Source: a virus
Virus record (IMG/VR): IMGVR_UViG_3300018080_007253
Coordinates: 356 to 64,355 of that record
DNA length: 64,000 bases
Direction: 5' to 3' (one strand)
Under the pieces are notes generated by a model. The model searched no databases and was not told the DNA's origin. It worked only from the letters and a program-made list of their open reading frames with translations. Positions 9,301 through 19,810 of this stretch are shown in pieces. A program made the position numbers and the translations under genes. Numbering within the stretch: position 1 is the stretch's first letter; each line of letters starts with the position of its first letter.

Positions 9301-12300
9301 AAGGAATCCAGGCGATAGGTGGTGGATTTGAAAGCCTTGCGGAAGGATTCAGAGAAGATGGCGATGCGCTTAAGGCTAATGCCGCAGAGCTTGGGGCTTC
9401 TGTCGCACAATCTGCTGCGCCGCTCGCTGCGTTTGGTCCTGCCGCTGCGCTGGCTGGTGTAGCTATGGGCGCGTTTAAACACACAGTGTCTGAAGTTAGC
9501 AAGGCGCTGAAAGCTAATGCTGCACTTGTCAATGCAGAAGCAAAGGTTAGATTAGAAAATCTTAATGCATCAGAACTGCTTGCTGCCGCCCAGGACAACT
9601 ACTTATTGCAAACATCTCTTGTAGAAAGAGGGTTGGGTGAATTTGTTAAAAATGCAAGAACTGGTGCTAAAGAATTCAATATAATAAGTGAAGAATTTGG
9701 AAAGCTTGATGGTGCGAATATTAGAGTTGAAGAAACAAGGGGTGTTGCTACCATAAAAGAAGATCTAAATGAAGTTATAAGACAAGCTACAATCCTTTCT
9801 ACAAAATGGAATGATAATTTAGAAACAATTGAAAAAATGTCAGATGTTATAGATATATTTAAAAGTAGCGCTGAAGATATAACTAATGCTAAAATAGATC
9901 TAAATATTGAAAACACAAGAGAGCTTTTAGGGTATGCTTCTTCTGATATGGGAGACCTTTTAAAACAGATAAATAAGGTGAATTCTACAGATGTTAAGTT
10001 TCTTGCAGTCGGCGGTGAGCTGGGTAAATTTATAGATATTAACAGAGAAGCTGGAGATGTTATAGATAAGCTTAATAGTCAATTTAAAAAGCTACAAATA
10101 GGTGAAATAACTAGAAGTGAGTTTAGTGACTTCTATGAGATGCTGAATATAACGACTCCTGAAATAGAAAAATACAATAAAGAAATAGAAGCGATGGAAA
10201 AGAGACAGGTAGAGTTGCAGAAGTCCATTAAGAAAATTCCAGATGCGCTTGGTGGTGCTGACTTTTCGCTTACAGAGGAAGTTTCGTCGTATAAAGATAT
10301 TAGCAATGCACAGAAGGATCTTACGGACGAACATAAGGCTAGAGTTAAAGAAATACAAAAGCTTGTTGATGTCACTAAAGAGTCTACTAATTTAAGTGAA
10401 GAAATAAACAAATATGAAGAAAAAAGAAAAGATTTAATAGAAAAAACTAAAAAAGAACAGCTTGAAAATCTTCTTGCCTTGAAGAACATAATAGCAGAAA
10501 CAGAAAAAAGGGTACAGCTTGCCAATCACAATTTAAAAATACAGCTTGCTGAGAACGCTCTTCTTGGCAGAAACGATAATCTTATTAGACAAATTAATGG
10601 TGGTCTTGCAGAAAACGGAACAGAGATATCTGAGGGGCTATCAGCTACAATAGCAACACGGAAAGAATTAGAGAAAAGTGCAATTTCGATTGCAAAACTT
10701 ACGGCAGCCAGAGAGCGTCAAGTTAAACTGCTTCAAGAGAATGCTGGTGAAATTGCTGTTGATTTTGGAGCAGTGGACGCCATAACTCAACAGATAGATG
10801 TTGAGATAAAGGGAAGGTTAAGGGATCAAATAGCTAATATGATAGGCACTCTTGGAGACAAGGCAGCCCAAGAGACTGAAAGAATTAGTAAGCTTGAAAA
10901 AGAAAGATTCAATATAGCAAAAGAACAACTGGAAAAACTTGCTGAAATGGAAAGATATCGTATAGAAATCGCGGGAGAAATGACAAGCTCATTGATTGAT
11001 TCAGCAAAAGAAATGGGAGCTTCTGATATAGACATTAGTTCATTAATTGATTCTTCTGCTATCACTGAACAATTTGCTGGCATTAATGAGAACATTAAAG
11101 ATAAATTAAATAATCAAGCAAAAGTACAGTTAGCGCATTCATTAGAGCAAATTAATATAGAAGAACAAAAACAAAAAGCAATTTTAGATGCACAAATGGC
11201 AAGAGCGAACGATGAGCAAAGGGTAGCTCTTGAAACAAAAAGGGCGATAATTGAGAAAAATTTTGCTGAAGAAAGATCAGTAGAAATTATGGACGCGCTT
11301 AAGAAAAGCTCTATAGATGCTTTGCAAACAATCAAGGGTGCCGCAGAGGAAATGCGAAGTAGCCTTGATAAAATGAAAAATATTAGGGCTGATATTTTAA
11401 AACAAGATAAAGAAATAGCTACGTTGCAAGCTAAAATAAAATACGATGAGCAAATAAAAGGACTGCAAAATTATAAATCTTCCCTTGAGGATAGCTTGAG
11501 CACTCTTAGTTCTTTTAGCAACCGGGTCCAAGCGGTTGAAAGAAAAAACAATGCTCTTGTAGATTCTCTCATTTCTTCTGAAAAATATCTTGAAGATGTT
11601 GCAGATGAAGTTGGAGGATTAAAAGATCTTAGTTCTACACTTGGCATAACTGGAGCAAGGGCAGATGTTGCAAAAAGATCTATAGGTGGTATTGCGTCAA
11701 CGTTTGCAAATATGCCAAGAAAACTTGGACTTTTTGAAGATAAGATTCAGGAATTGCGTATAAATTCCGCCAAAGAGACAGTGAACACACTAAAAGAAGA
11801 ATATAACAAGCTAAAAACATATGGGGAACAATTGTATGCTGCTGACTATAGTAAATTATATGAAATGGCTGCGGCTCAATCTGCCATTGAAAATGCTACT
11901 GGCGATTTAAATGAAAAATTGCAAAAAGTACCTTTATTTTTGAGGGGGGCTGCAGCAGAATATGTAAAAAGGCAATATGGAGAAGAGGGCGGTCAAGCAG
12001 TAGCTAAGGCTGGACTAGAAAGAGTTGGACTCGACTCCACTAAGATGGAGTCGCTAGAGAAACAGACTGTAGATGCAGCGAAAGAGGCTGTAAAAGCACA
12101 GTTTAGAATGGTCGAGTTGCAGCAGAATAGTATTAATGCCGCTAGTGTTCATGCTGAAAAAATTCAATCAAAAATTAGTTCTGTTGATGAAAAAATTACT
12201 GCCGTTGAAGAAACAAAAAATAGTGTTGGCAATGCTAATCAAACACTTAAAGAGCAGCTAAATGATGCAAAAGAAAGAAAAAAGCTCTTACAAAAACAAA

Positions 12301-13625
12301 TTGAACAAGAGATTAAATTATATAGTCAAAACGCACAAAGAATAGATAAGCTATTGCCAGGGGTCGATTCTATGACCCAGGGGATATCTCAACAAACTGA
12401 CACAATGGAAAGAATTCATAATGTTTTAATGGGGCAAAATACTGCCGTTGAACTTCAAAAGGCAATGCAGCCATTTCAACAATTGATAGCCGAAATTGCA
12501 ACGCAGACGACAGGCGGTGAAACTGTTTCTGATCCTAACGCCTTAGCTAATCAGTTGAATGCATTAACAGTTGCTCCACTTAATGATGCCATAGGTCAGC
12601 ACAAAAAAAGTGTTGTAGAAGCGACTGGATATATAAATCAATTGCGTGAAATTTATAATAATGAAAATCTTAATGCACAACAAATGATAGAAAAGACAAA
12701 TGCAGTTATTGCTAAAGCAGATGCTATTCTTACGCAAGAAATAGCAGCAGCAACCGATGAACAAGTTGTAACACTTAAAGATGAAGAAATATTTAAGAAT
12801 TTTTCAAATGCGCTTGTTGATGGAATAGCTCTTTCGCAAGACACTAAAGAGGGACAAAAGAAAAATATGACAGAGGCCGTTAAGACAGGAAATGAAGAAA
12901 TTAAGAAAAATACAGAAAATAATATAAAACAACTTGAAAGTTTAAATATTACCAATAAGGATATTGTAGCTAAAACAATAGCTGTTGCAAAAACAGTTGT
13001 AGATGGTTTTAATACAAATGTAAAGACGTTAAGTAATGGCTTTAATCATGTTGCAAATGCCTTTGCAGATATTGTTGTAAAGGTACAGAGGGTTGTAACT
13101 GGGAATAAGGCACATGGTTTAACTGGATCAGAAGAAAGGGGGCTTTTGGCTGCAGCAAGAAGAGAAAAGCGCAAAATGCCACAGGGGGCGGGACTGACGG
13201 TTGCAAACACCTCTGAACTTGTAATGACACCTAAGCAAGCGAACAAAGTGTTTGGACAAGTGCAGATGCCAGAAGGCGTTAGAGATGTACAGAAACAGAT
13301 GTATACGACAAAAAGAAAAGAAATCATTAGAGAAAAAACAGATGGCACATCTAAAGATATTACAAAATTGACAAATAAAATTAATGATTTACTTGATCGT
13401 GCAGAAAAGAAGGAATTATTTAAAAATCAACAAGAGATTTCAATAAATGTTGATGGAAAGCGTGAAATAAGTCTCAAGGGCGTTAAGTCTTTCAAGAAAG
13501 AGCTTAAAGATACGTTTAAACAACAAATGTCAGGATTATCATCTAAGGCAGAACTCAATGCTGTACGTGGTACACTTGAGAAACTAATAAGAAGACTGAG
13601 GGAAACAGGTGTTGATGGAGTATAA
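6324..13625 (+). CDS. tail tape measure protein (TP901-family core)
   Basis: 2,433 aa, Ala/Lys/Glu-rich coiled coil, with the TP901-type block (ATAMENFARQG...DLADASAIDVVDLAQGFIRSAAAADAFGVSQEQLASAIATV...IGTAFKTIF) and a hydrophobic Ala/Gly segment. Confidence 0.92.
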   Translation: MAGEQLPLGIRFTARDVETANITSEVQKAINTAIANTDTKQLSKKFENAPITITTKLSKQAKGVIAKDVQSALNKVGIVFTDRNVKTKTLIEKVRRGVSNAISTVGTKTFGSRLYDAAVKVRNGINVALNSAKFSDLSKRLQQQLSKPVTVRVGKVESTKDAVIKLKGKIDGKTLGESVRALDGKYSVLIRAKVQGLREAVAQIQRQVGTTPTATGSAKQAQSAAKANQELAQSRRQATNAAISHTQATSKEANAQSINTKSARSQADALKQLRNDILPAEKGTKKLSSATVQLSNTQNKSAAAAKLMFQPFNKTRAMTDSLAKSFQEAGINAEILGTRIAQIAKRFSGFFIYTAALFKFLEAIRETTQAIKDLDRTAASLGKVLKELSEDDIDAVNQQLIEMAINTKRAYSEAATAMENFARQGLSTKDAMQATKGVLDLLNISTVDAATASKLIITTFNAFGGEMEEMTKTLATFSDLADASAIDVVDLAQGFIRSAAAADAFGVSQEQLASAIATVGGVTQMQATRIGTAFKTIFSYLGQNRKAVLELAASYRGINRTIGDLDNEFSTMHDTLRFVAEGWASFSKEQRSAIGQLVGGKRRFNELSALMQNFSKYQELYGQSLEESNAIQRKSEVESKTLAAAHRELSSSIVQLSKSFTDFGATDFYKNIISGLSSIIQLSSTALRSLDTISNFIAEASDETIAVGIDGKEIKIEINNAQKAFLGFVESATSGSNLLTNSFIYLFARVVLPFIGKATKSFKAFLTGNEKGLNKILAQQAGYTQEVANSISALSNEQQRLTGILQTEKQILQTRQQSSQVQAGGTTAKSVATQRGSEGAANFAAASKFVDSIKNTQGVVVGMSAAIKNAEAVSRGYGKALTNNTKVVSSNINSMKLLEYRRKALLSEVDRTSNIFQKLYVAVKNGLQIQKVENRAGIAAPKQGLAYTLPIFGKGLGDSFKKSLGGFKTSIGNIRKQMSGFGGQMIKMVAIMQGIQAIGGGFESLAEGFREDGDALKANAAELGASVAQSAAPLAAFGPAAALAGVAMGAFKHTVSEVSKALKANAALVNAEAKVRLENLNASELLAAAQDNYLLQTSLVERGLGEFVKNARTGAKEFNIISEEFGKLDGANIRVEETRGVATIKEDLNEVIRQATILSTKWNDNLETIEKMSDVIDIFKSSAEDITNAKIDLNIENTRELLGYASSDMGDLLKQINKVNSTDVKFLAVGGELGKFIDINREAGDVIDKLNSQFKKLQIGEITRSEFSDFYEMLNITTPEIEKYNKEIEAMEKRQVELQKSIKKIPDALGGADFSLTEEVSSYKDISNAQKDLTDEHKARVKEIQKLVDVTKESTNLSEEINKYEEKRKDLIEKTKKEQLENLLALKNIIAETEKRVQLANHNLKIQLAENALLGRNDNLIRQINGGLAENGTEISEGLSATIATRKELEKSAISIAKLTAARERQVKLLQENAGEIAVDFGAVDAITQQIDVEIKGRLRDQIANMIGTLGDKAAQETERISKLEKERFNIAKEQLEKLAEMERYRIEIAGEMTSSLIDSAKEMGASDIDISSLIDSSAITEQFAGINENIKDKLNNQAKVQLAHSLEQINIEEQKQKAILDAQMARANDEQRVALETKRAIIEKNFAEERSVEIMDALKKSSIDALQTIKGAAEEMRSSLDKMKNIRADILKQDKEIATLQAKIKYDEQIKGLQNYKSSLEDSLSTLSSFSNRVQAVERKNNALVDSLISSEKYLEDVADEVGGLKDLSSTLGITGARADVAKRSIGGIASTFANMPRKLGLFEDKIQELRINSAKETVNTLKEEYNKLKTYGEQLYAADYSKLYEMAAAQSAIENATGDLNEKLQKVPLFLRGAAAEYVKRQYGEEGGQAVAKAGLERVGLDSTKMESLEKQTVDAAKEAVKAQFRMVELQQNSINAASVHAEKIQSKISSVDEKITAVEETKNSVGNANQTLKEQLNDAKERKKLLQKQIEQEIKLYSQNAQRIDKLLPGVDSMTQGISQQTDTMERIHNVLMGQNTAVELQKAMQPFQQLIAEIATQTTGGETVSDPNALANQLNALTVAPLNDAIGQHKKSVVEATGYINQLREIYNNENLNAQQMIEKTNAVIAKADAILTQEIAAATDEQVVTLKDEEIFKNFSNALVDGIALSQDTKEGQKKNMTEAVKTGNEEIKKNTENNIKQLESLNITNKDIVAKTIAVAKTVVDGFNTNVKTLSNGFNHVANAFADIVVKVQRVVTGNKAHGLTGSEERGLLAAARREKRKMPQGAGLTVANTSELVMTPKQANKVFGQVQMPEGVRDVQKQMYTTKRKEIIREKTDGTSKDITKLTNKINDLLDRAEKKELFKNQQEISINVDGKREISLKGVKSFKKELKDTFKQQMSGLSSKAELNAVRGTLEKLIRRLRETGVDGV

Positions 13626-13627
13626 TT

Positions 13628-14935
13628 ATGGCTAAGATGTATTATGGAAACTATCGTTTTTTGCCAGCACCACTGATGAATTATTCTGTGGAGCATCAAT
13701 ACGATGACAATAACGATCTTCTATACAAAATTACTACATATGATTTGATTGGAACGCTTTTATTCCCAAGTGGTGACTTTACTACCATGATGGAAAAAAA
13801 ACAAGAGCTTGAAAGCGCTCTTGGTAGCGGCAATCAATTATTTTTAATAGAAAATGAAAACGGTGCCCCATTAGCATCTGGATATCCAACAGTAGATTCA
13901 TTTTCGATAGATGAAGGTGTTTGGGTAGATAGGATGAACTATAATGCAACTTTATCTATTGAAGAGTCGCTTTCTGCTAGTGGTGCAGTTGAGTCATTCT
14001 CTGAGTCGTGGAGTTTTGAGGAAAATGAAGATAGGGAAACAATATCTGTTACTCACAATGTTTCTGCTGTAGGAATTAATACAGAAGGACTGAATAATGC
14101 CACTGAAAATGCCAAAAATTATGCTTTAAGCAGGGTGGGCTATACACAAGTACCATCGTTTCTTCCGGCATTTACTGAGGGTTCTGGTACTTTATCGGCA
14201 TATTCTAGCTTTCGGTCGGAGAGCGTTAATACAGTTGATCACGAATATGAAATTCAAGAAACCTTTGTTTTGTCAGAACAAACATATACGCATGATAGCA
14301 GTGCGACATTTGCAAGCGATGAAAACGGTGTTATATCTGTTGAAATAGAGGGCACGATACAGGGGCTTGGGCGCGGCGTTTTGGCGATTAATCGTGCAAG
14401 GTATGGTTGGACACAAGTAGAGCCAAGCGTTATAGCAACAGCGTCTGGAGTCTATTTACGGTATGGTGGCACTGACGAATTGCCTGTATCGCCCGGATCA
14501 CAGAGCATAGCTGAAGATGTAGAGGCTGGCACAATAAACTATTCTTTTTCATATGAAGAAGTAGATCAGGTTTTACCGTCTGGAATAACCGATTTTACAA
14601 TGACAAAAGATATTTCCGAGCCGACTACACTTTATGCATCGCACACTATTGTAAATAAAGCAGATGGACCTGTTGTGCAGGATTTGGGCACCACATCTGA
14701 GGGAACTGTAACAATAAATGGGACAGCGACAAGGAAGAGCGACTATCCTTTGTCTGATCTTAAAACATATATAAGCAATAGAATATCTGCTGCTGCACCA
14801 TCAAGCTATTCTACAACATATCGTATTACTGAAGAAACGTATAATATAGATGAGACGAGCAAAACGATAGAGTTTTCCGTCACATGGACATTTACCGCAC
14901 CACTTGCCGGTGGGTTTTTGTCGTATTTAAGTTAG
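13628..14935 (+). CDS. putative distal tail/hub protein
   Basis: First gene after the TMP; acidic and beta-rich with repeated strand patterns; 7 SG dipeptides. Confidence 0.5.
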   Translation: MAKMYYGNYRFLPAPLMNYSVEHQYDDNNDLLYKITTYDLIGTLLFPSGDFTTMMEKKQELESALGSGNQLFLIENENGAPLASGYPTVDSFSIDEGVWVDRMNYNATLSIEESLSASGAVESFSESWSFEENEDRETISVTHNVSAVGINTEGLNNATENAKNYALSRVGYTQVPSFLPAFTEGSGTLSAYSSFRSESVNTVDHEYEIQETFVLSEQTYTHDSSATFASDENGVISVEIEGTIQGLGRGVLAINRARYGWTQVEPSVIATASGVYLRYGGTDELPVSPGSQSIAEDVEAGTINYSFSYEEVDQVLPSGITDFTMTKDISEPTTLYASHTIVNKADGPVVQDLGTTSEGTVTINGTATRKSDYPLSDLKTYISNRISAAAPSSYSTTYRITEETYNIDETSKTIEFSVTWTFTAPLAGGFLSYLS

Positions 14936-14944
14936 GAGTTTCGT

Positions 14945-15508
14945 ATGGACCCCGTTACACATTTTTCTGAGTTTAGCATAAATGCACCATCTCCAAGTGG
15001 AAATAGGCATAATAGTAGTGGTATAGCTTATGTTAAAGAAATTTCTATAAACCCTAATGAAAGTTTAGATTTTGGTACATTAAACAATAGCGATGGACAA
15101 GTGGTGGATTCAGAAACAAAGTGTGTTGTTTGGTGTGTTGATGATTTTAAAGATGCAACACAAAAAATATATGATATGAAATTTTGGTTGTCATCTATAG
15201 CTGGTTTTGTTGGTGAAGGAAGTGGTAATTATAATGTTTATTTTAATTGGCACACTAGTAACGAATGGATGGGAAGCGGAAATCCGACTTTAGTACACAC
15301 TAGTGGCAATTATGTCCCACGTTCATTGCCATCAGAACAAAACTTATATAAATACGACGGAAGTAGCAGCATAACAACTTCTGGTTCAGATGAGTCTGTT
15401 TCACAATATATATATTTGAGCACTAGTGTTGATCCAAATACTCCAAATGGGCAATATGGCGGGATGGATGGTGGCTTCAGATATCGTATAACATATAAAT
15501 ATTTGTAA
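14945..15508 (+). CDS. virion structural protein, paralog family A
   Basis: Shares LDFG...MK.W...LP..QN.Y..DG...SQYIY...FR.R.TY with 19811..20500 and 20513..21154. Confidence 0.55.
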   Translation: MDPVTHFSEFSINAPSPSGNRHNSSGIAYVKEISINPNESLDFGTLNNSDGQVVDSETKCVVWCVDDFKDATQKIYDMKFWLSSIAGFVGEGSGNYNVYFNWHTSNEWMGSGNPTLVHTSGNYVPRSLPSEQNLYKYDGSSSITTSGSDESVSQYIYLSTSVDPNTPNGQYGGMDGGFRYRITYKYL

Positions 15509-15519
15509 GGGACACTTTA

Positions 15520-17862
15520 ATGAGTAAGGACATAGGTAAGGTAGCAGCTTTTTTTACAGGATATAGATCTTATAATAATGCTAGGCTCTTTTTGGTTGGT
15601 CCAAGTGGTAACATTTGTAGATTGCCAGAGCCTTCTGGATTGGGATTTAAATATAATGACCAATATTTTGTTTCTAATTCATATTCTTTTCCTGAAAATA
15701 CGAACCTTGCTAGTGGTGAAATAGATAGTGTTTTTACATATTATAAATCTGATTATGCAGTTGGACATAAGGTTTTGTGTTGGCTTGGCAATGAATTAAT
15801 GATAACAATGGGAAATAGCGATGCTACTTATTTGTATAGTACATATAGAGGAAAAAGCTCTAGAGATATAAACTTTGTCTTTTGTCCATATGGCACCCCT
15901 GAAATAAAAGAAAATCCAAGTGGATTGATATATCCAGGAAATTATAAACATGGGGGGTACAATGGAAATCTGGCTTCTTATATTTTTCAAGATGGAACAT
16001 ATTATAGATTTCTTGGACATGCTAAATATCCTGCAATTGAGGGATGGGAAGATTATTATACAGGAACTCAGTTTAAAATTTATTCTGATAATATAGAGAG
16101 AATTGGAGAAAATTCTTTAATATTTTTAAATGAGTCTTGTCATATAATCACTCGTGAAGGATATGGAGTAGGGCATAGGCATAAAATATGTTATGATGCA
16201 CAAAAATTTAAACATTTTCCTACAGTTGGGGGGGTTCATACTGTTGATAGTGGATATGAGTCATACGCAGCCTCTGGGTTCGCTCCAATTTTATCGAAAA
16301 TAGATGGTAATAATGTTATTTCTTTTATAGATGACAGATATAGTACAGAGCCATATAATCCATTATTTACAGTAGTAAACAAGTGTAATTTATATGGAGA
16401 ACATAATCTTCATAACATAGACAATGTTGAATGTCAGCCATCTATTGCAGAATTTGCTTATTACAGATATAAAGGATTATATCATGATATTGATGTAAAA
16501 TATTTTAATGGATTGATATATGTTGCTAAACCTGGGGGGATAAGTATTTTTAGTCCGAATGCAGAAAGTGCAGCACACAATTATGTAGAGAGGAATTATT
16601 TAAATGATGATGATTACAGGTTAAATTATAGAAAATTAATTCCATTTAAAAATAGAATGCTGTCACTTGAAACAAATGGAAAGCTATATGAAATACATAA
16701 TAGTGGCATTAGTGAGTTATATGATTTTTCAAATTTGCTGAATGAAAACGAGACATTTATTGATGGATATGGAGTTAATCAGTATGACGACAGTGTATCT
16801 ATTAATGGATACCTTAGGGCAGGGATGTGTTATGGGGCTGAACTTGGAGATAAATTAGAGGTATTTTTAAATTATGAAGATGGAAATAAATGTGGTGTTT
16901 TTTGGGGTGAATCTACAGATATAGATTCTGACTCAACATATTCTAATTTAACATCTTTATTGCCACAAAGTGGAATAATACCACCATCTGGAATGTCAGA
17001 GTCTGGATATTTAGCTATAATAAGTCCATATAAATATTCTGGATATAATGGTATTCCATTGGCATCTGGAAAAACGGCGCTAACTGAATGTAGGCCTTCT
17101 GGATGGACACAGATTGGGAGTGGTGATATAGTGTTGTGGGGTGGGTCTGGAACTTTTTATAATAATGACTATGGAATAGATCCTTCTGGATGGGATGTTC
17201 CAATGTATTATAATAATCGTAATTATTTTTTAAGTCCAACTGAAGTCATAATTCCTGTTTCTGGAATGAGTAGACATTCGCCATCTGGTGGGATCGCAGA
17301 AAGCGGGTTGCGCTGGACTGGTGTAAAAAGATATAATATTATGGGATATAAAGATGAGGACAATGAAGAATTGCATTTGTTTTTTGGTGGCGCAAATAGT
17401 GGAGTGTCGCAAGAGCCATTGTTATATTATACATTAAATTCAAGTGGTAATTGGACATTTAAAAATGAAACAAAGACTGGAAAATTATTTGATGTAGAAC
17501 TAACAGATATGTTTGAACCATCTATTCTCATTCCTTCTGGATCAATACAAAAAAGATATCCATATTATGATTACGAAGATGATGTTGTATATCAACCCAT
17601 TAAAATATTCAATTGGCCAACTTTTGAGAATGTGGATATTGAAGCAGAATATACAATCGACAAAAGTTCAACATGGAATGTAGCAACTGTTAATGCTACA
17701 TACTCTGATTCAATGACAAATATTGATACTGGGGATTTATCTACTGATCCGTCTGGAGTCAACGGAGTTTCAGTTATGTTTGCTTGGGACTATATCTCTG
17801 ATATTGGAACATCTTTTATCCCATGGGCACAATTAAGGTTTAGGGCGGTTACACATGAATAA
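15520..17862 (+). CDS. large tail-associated protein, paralog family B, SG-rich
   Basis: 780 aa, Tyr/Gly/Ser-rich, 23 SG by manual count; C-terminal domain shared with 17855..19801. Confidence 0.55.
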   Translation: MSKDIGKVAAFFTGYRSYNNARLFLVGPSGNICRLPEPSGLGFKYNDQYFVSNSYSFPENTNLASGEIDSVFTYYKSDYAVGHKVLCWLGNELMITMGNSDATYLYSTYRGKSSRDINFVFCPYGTPEIKENPSGLIYPGNYKHGGYNGNLASYIFQDGTYYRFLGHAKYPAIEGWEDYYTGTQFKIYSDNIERIGENSLIFLNESCHIITREGYGVGHRHKICYDAQKFKHFPTVGGVHTVDSGYESYAASGFAPILSKIDGNNVISFIDDRYSTEPYNPLFTVVNKCNLYGEHNLHNIDNVECQPSIAEFAYYRYKGLYHDIDVKYFNGLIYVAKPGGISIFSPNAESAAHNYVERNYLNDDDYRLNYRKLIPFKNRMLSLETNGKLYEIHNSGISELYDFSNLLNENETFIDGYGVNQYDDSVSINGYLRAGMCYGAELGDKLEVFLNYEDGNKCGVFWGESTDIDSDSTYSNLTSLLPQSGIIPPSGMSESGYLAIISPYKYSGYNGIPLASGKTALTECRPSGWTQIGSGDIVLWGGSGTFYNNDYGIDPSGWDVPMYYNNRNYFLSPTEVIIPVSGMSRHSPSGGIAESGLRWTGVKRYNIMGYKDEDNEELHLFFGGANSGVSQEPLLYYTLNSSGNWTFKNETKTGKLFDVELTDMFEPSILIPSGSIQKRYPYYDYEDDVVYQPIKIFNWPTFENVDIEAEYTIDKSSTWNVATVNATYSDSMTNIDTGDLSTDPSGVNGVSVMFAWDYISDIGTSFIPWAQLRFRAVTHE

Positions 17863-19801
17863 GTGGATAACACAAATTGCATCTAAATATGCGTATCTTG
17901 GTGACAAATATATATACAGTTCTCCATCCATTAGATCTGATCATCATCAATTTTACAATATAGACAATAATAAAATAGGCAATTGGAGAATTGGTTCTGG
18001 GGATGGTTGTTTGGAAAACGGAAGGGGTGTTGTTCGTCCAGAAAGTTATTTAAATGACAAGAGTTTTACTGCATTTGGTTACAACTTATATTCTGTTTGG
18101 TGTACTACTATTGATAATAATGAAGCAGAGCTACAATTTATGGAAACAGATTTTCGTTTAGATAATATTAATAAAAACTATAAAAAAATTCCGTCTAAGG
18201 AAATATATAGTCTGATATTTGAAAGTGGGGTAGAAAGTATACACTCAAGCGGAGAATATGCATCTTCACCTAATTTTTTAAGATGGATTGGGTATTCTCC
18301 AATTGTAATGAATTATAAAGGAGGAGTGCTAGTTCTTGGCTGTTTTAATAGTGCACCTAGTTTTACAGAGGGAGAATTTACACAAAGTAGTGGAATGATA
18401 CCAATGGATATTAAAAGTGTCCAATTTAGTGATACTAGATTTATTGATTTAGGCTCTGGGTTTTATGGGCACAACTATAAAAATTATGATAATTTGGTTG
18501 ATCCAGATACATTTCAAGACCATTTTTTTTATCAAAGCTATTGGTATAGTCCGCCCATTGGCGAGCAAAGTGGTGTTTTCATTATTAATAATAGTGGACT
18601 GCCGATAGAAGTTAGAGGTGCTGGATATAGTGGAACAAGTTTTTGGGAAAATACACGAAGAGATTTATATGCGGATGCAATACAGCCAACTGGTGGTGGA
18701 TTAAATTGGCATACTGATTTTTATGATGCATTTGAAAATGTTTTAGGAATGACAGATGCAATTGAGTATAAAGATAGTATTATCTGTGCAAATTCAATTG
18801 ATGTGGTGTCATTAAATGGAGACGATTTGAACAGATGGGAAAGGATACACACTTCTACCACTAACAATTATTATGCAACCTCTCCAAAATGGTTTGCAGT
18901 ATATGACAGTAATTTATATATGTATGAGGGAGATGGATGGCTATCACAAATTAATTATTCAAATGGTAATTTTGATAGATCAACAGTATATGACCTTAGT
19001 TATATCCCAGAAGTTAATGGAGATAATTGTGCATATGGAAATATGCGCTCTAGGGAAGATGGGCGAGAAAGGGCAGTCAAATCTGCTATTATTGCATTTA
19101 ATGACTATTTGCATATTTTTATTGGTGGAGAAAACAGAATTTATCATGTGAAGACAGACAATCCATCTTCTGCAACTTATCACACAAACTTATCTGATGA
19201 TTTGCCAGATATAATGAAGAATCATACTGGCAATATAACAGTAAGAAAAGATCCAGATAGTGGAAATCTTATATTGCTATTTACAATAATGGGGAAAGAT
19301 CAAACCTTGGGGCTTTTAGGCTGGATAACACACGGAAATTCAGTTGGAGGAACAAGATATTTATTTGAATATGATGGAAGCACATGGACCGAAATTGGAT
19401 GGTATCCATTTGGAACAGTAGCGGGCGGTGGATTAATGGCATATAACATTGATGGCGCTAATGCGGCTTGTAGCGGAGCATATGACAATGGATTTAGTGT
19501 AACGCCAGATTGTTATATATGCAACGATTATGTATTGTTAGATTATACTATTATTGATCGTTATAGTAGAAATTGGGATGCATATATAAAGTATTCTTTA
19601 GATTACGGTGAGACATGGAGCACATGTAGACGACAAAAAGACCGTATATATAGAAATTATTTGGGAGATCCGACTATTGATATTAGTGGCTCTCCTTCAG
19701 GAGAAAAATATACTTTTTATTGGGACTATGTTACAGACGTTGGATATACAACTTCTGATAGAGACATAAAGTTGAAAGTTACGCTGACACCACACGAATA
19801 A
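17855..19801 (+). CDS. large tail-associated protein, paralog family B
   Basis: 648 aa with propeller-like aromatic repeats; shares the C-terminal domain (Y..D...TW...PSG....F.WDY..D.G...L......HE). Confidence 0.55.
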   Translation: MNKWITQIASKYAYLGDKYIYSSPSIRSDHHQFYNIDNNKIGNWRIGSGDGCLENGRGVVRPESYLNDKSFTAFGYNLYSVWCTTIDNNEAELQFMETDFRLDNINKNYKKIPSKEIYSLIFESGVESIHSSGEYASSPNFLRWIGYSPIVMNYKGGVLVLGCFNSAPSFTEGEFTQSSGMIPMDIKSVQFSDTRFIDLGSGFYGHNYKNYDNLVDPDTFQDHFFYQSYWYSPPIGEQSGVFIINNSGLPIEVRGAGYSGTSFWENTRRDLYADAIQPTGGGLNWHTDFYDAFENVLGMTDAIEYKDSIICANSIDVVSLNGDDLNRWERIHTSTTNNYYATSPKWFAVYDSNLYMYEGDGWLSQINYSNGNFDRSTVYDLSYIPEVNGDNCAYGNMRSREDGRERAVKSAIIAFNDYLHIFIGGENRIYHVKTDNPSSATYHTNLSDDLPDIMKNHTGNITVRKDPDSGNLILLFTIMGKDQTLGLLGWITHGNSVGGTRYLFEYDGSTWTEIGWYPFGTVAGGGLMAYNIDGANAACSGAYDNGFSVTPDCYICNDYVLLDYTIIDRYSRNWDAYIKYSLDYGETWSTCRRQKDRIYRNYLGDPTIDISGSPSGEKYTFYWDYVTDVGYTTSDRDIKLKVTLTPHE

Positions 19802-19810
19802 GGATGTATA

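Noticed and set aside
7592-13699. Many 60-170 aa minus-strand ORFs inside the tape measure gene
   Set aside because: These are antisense shadows of a long coiled-coil gene, with low-complexity Ser/Leu/Phe content and no RBS or motifs.
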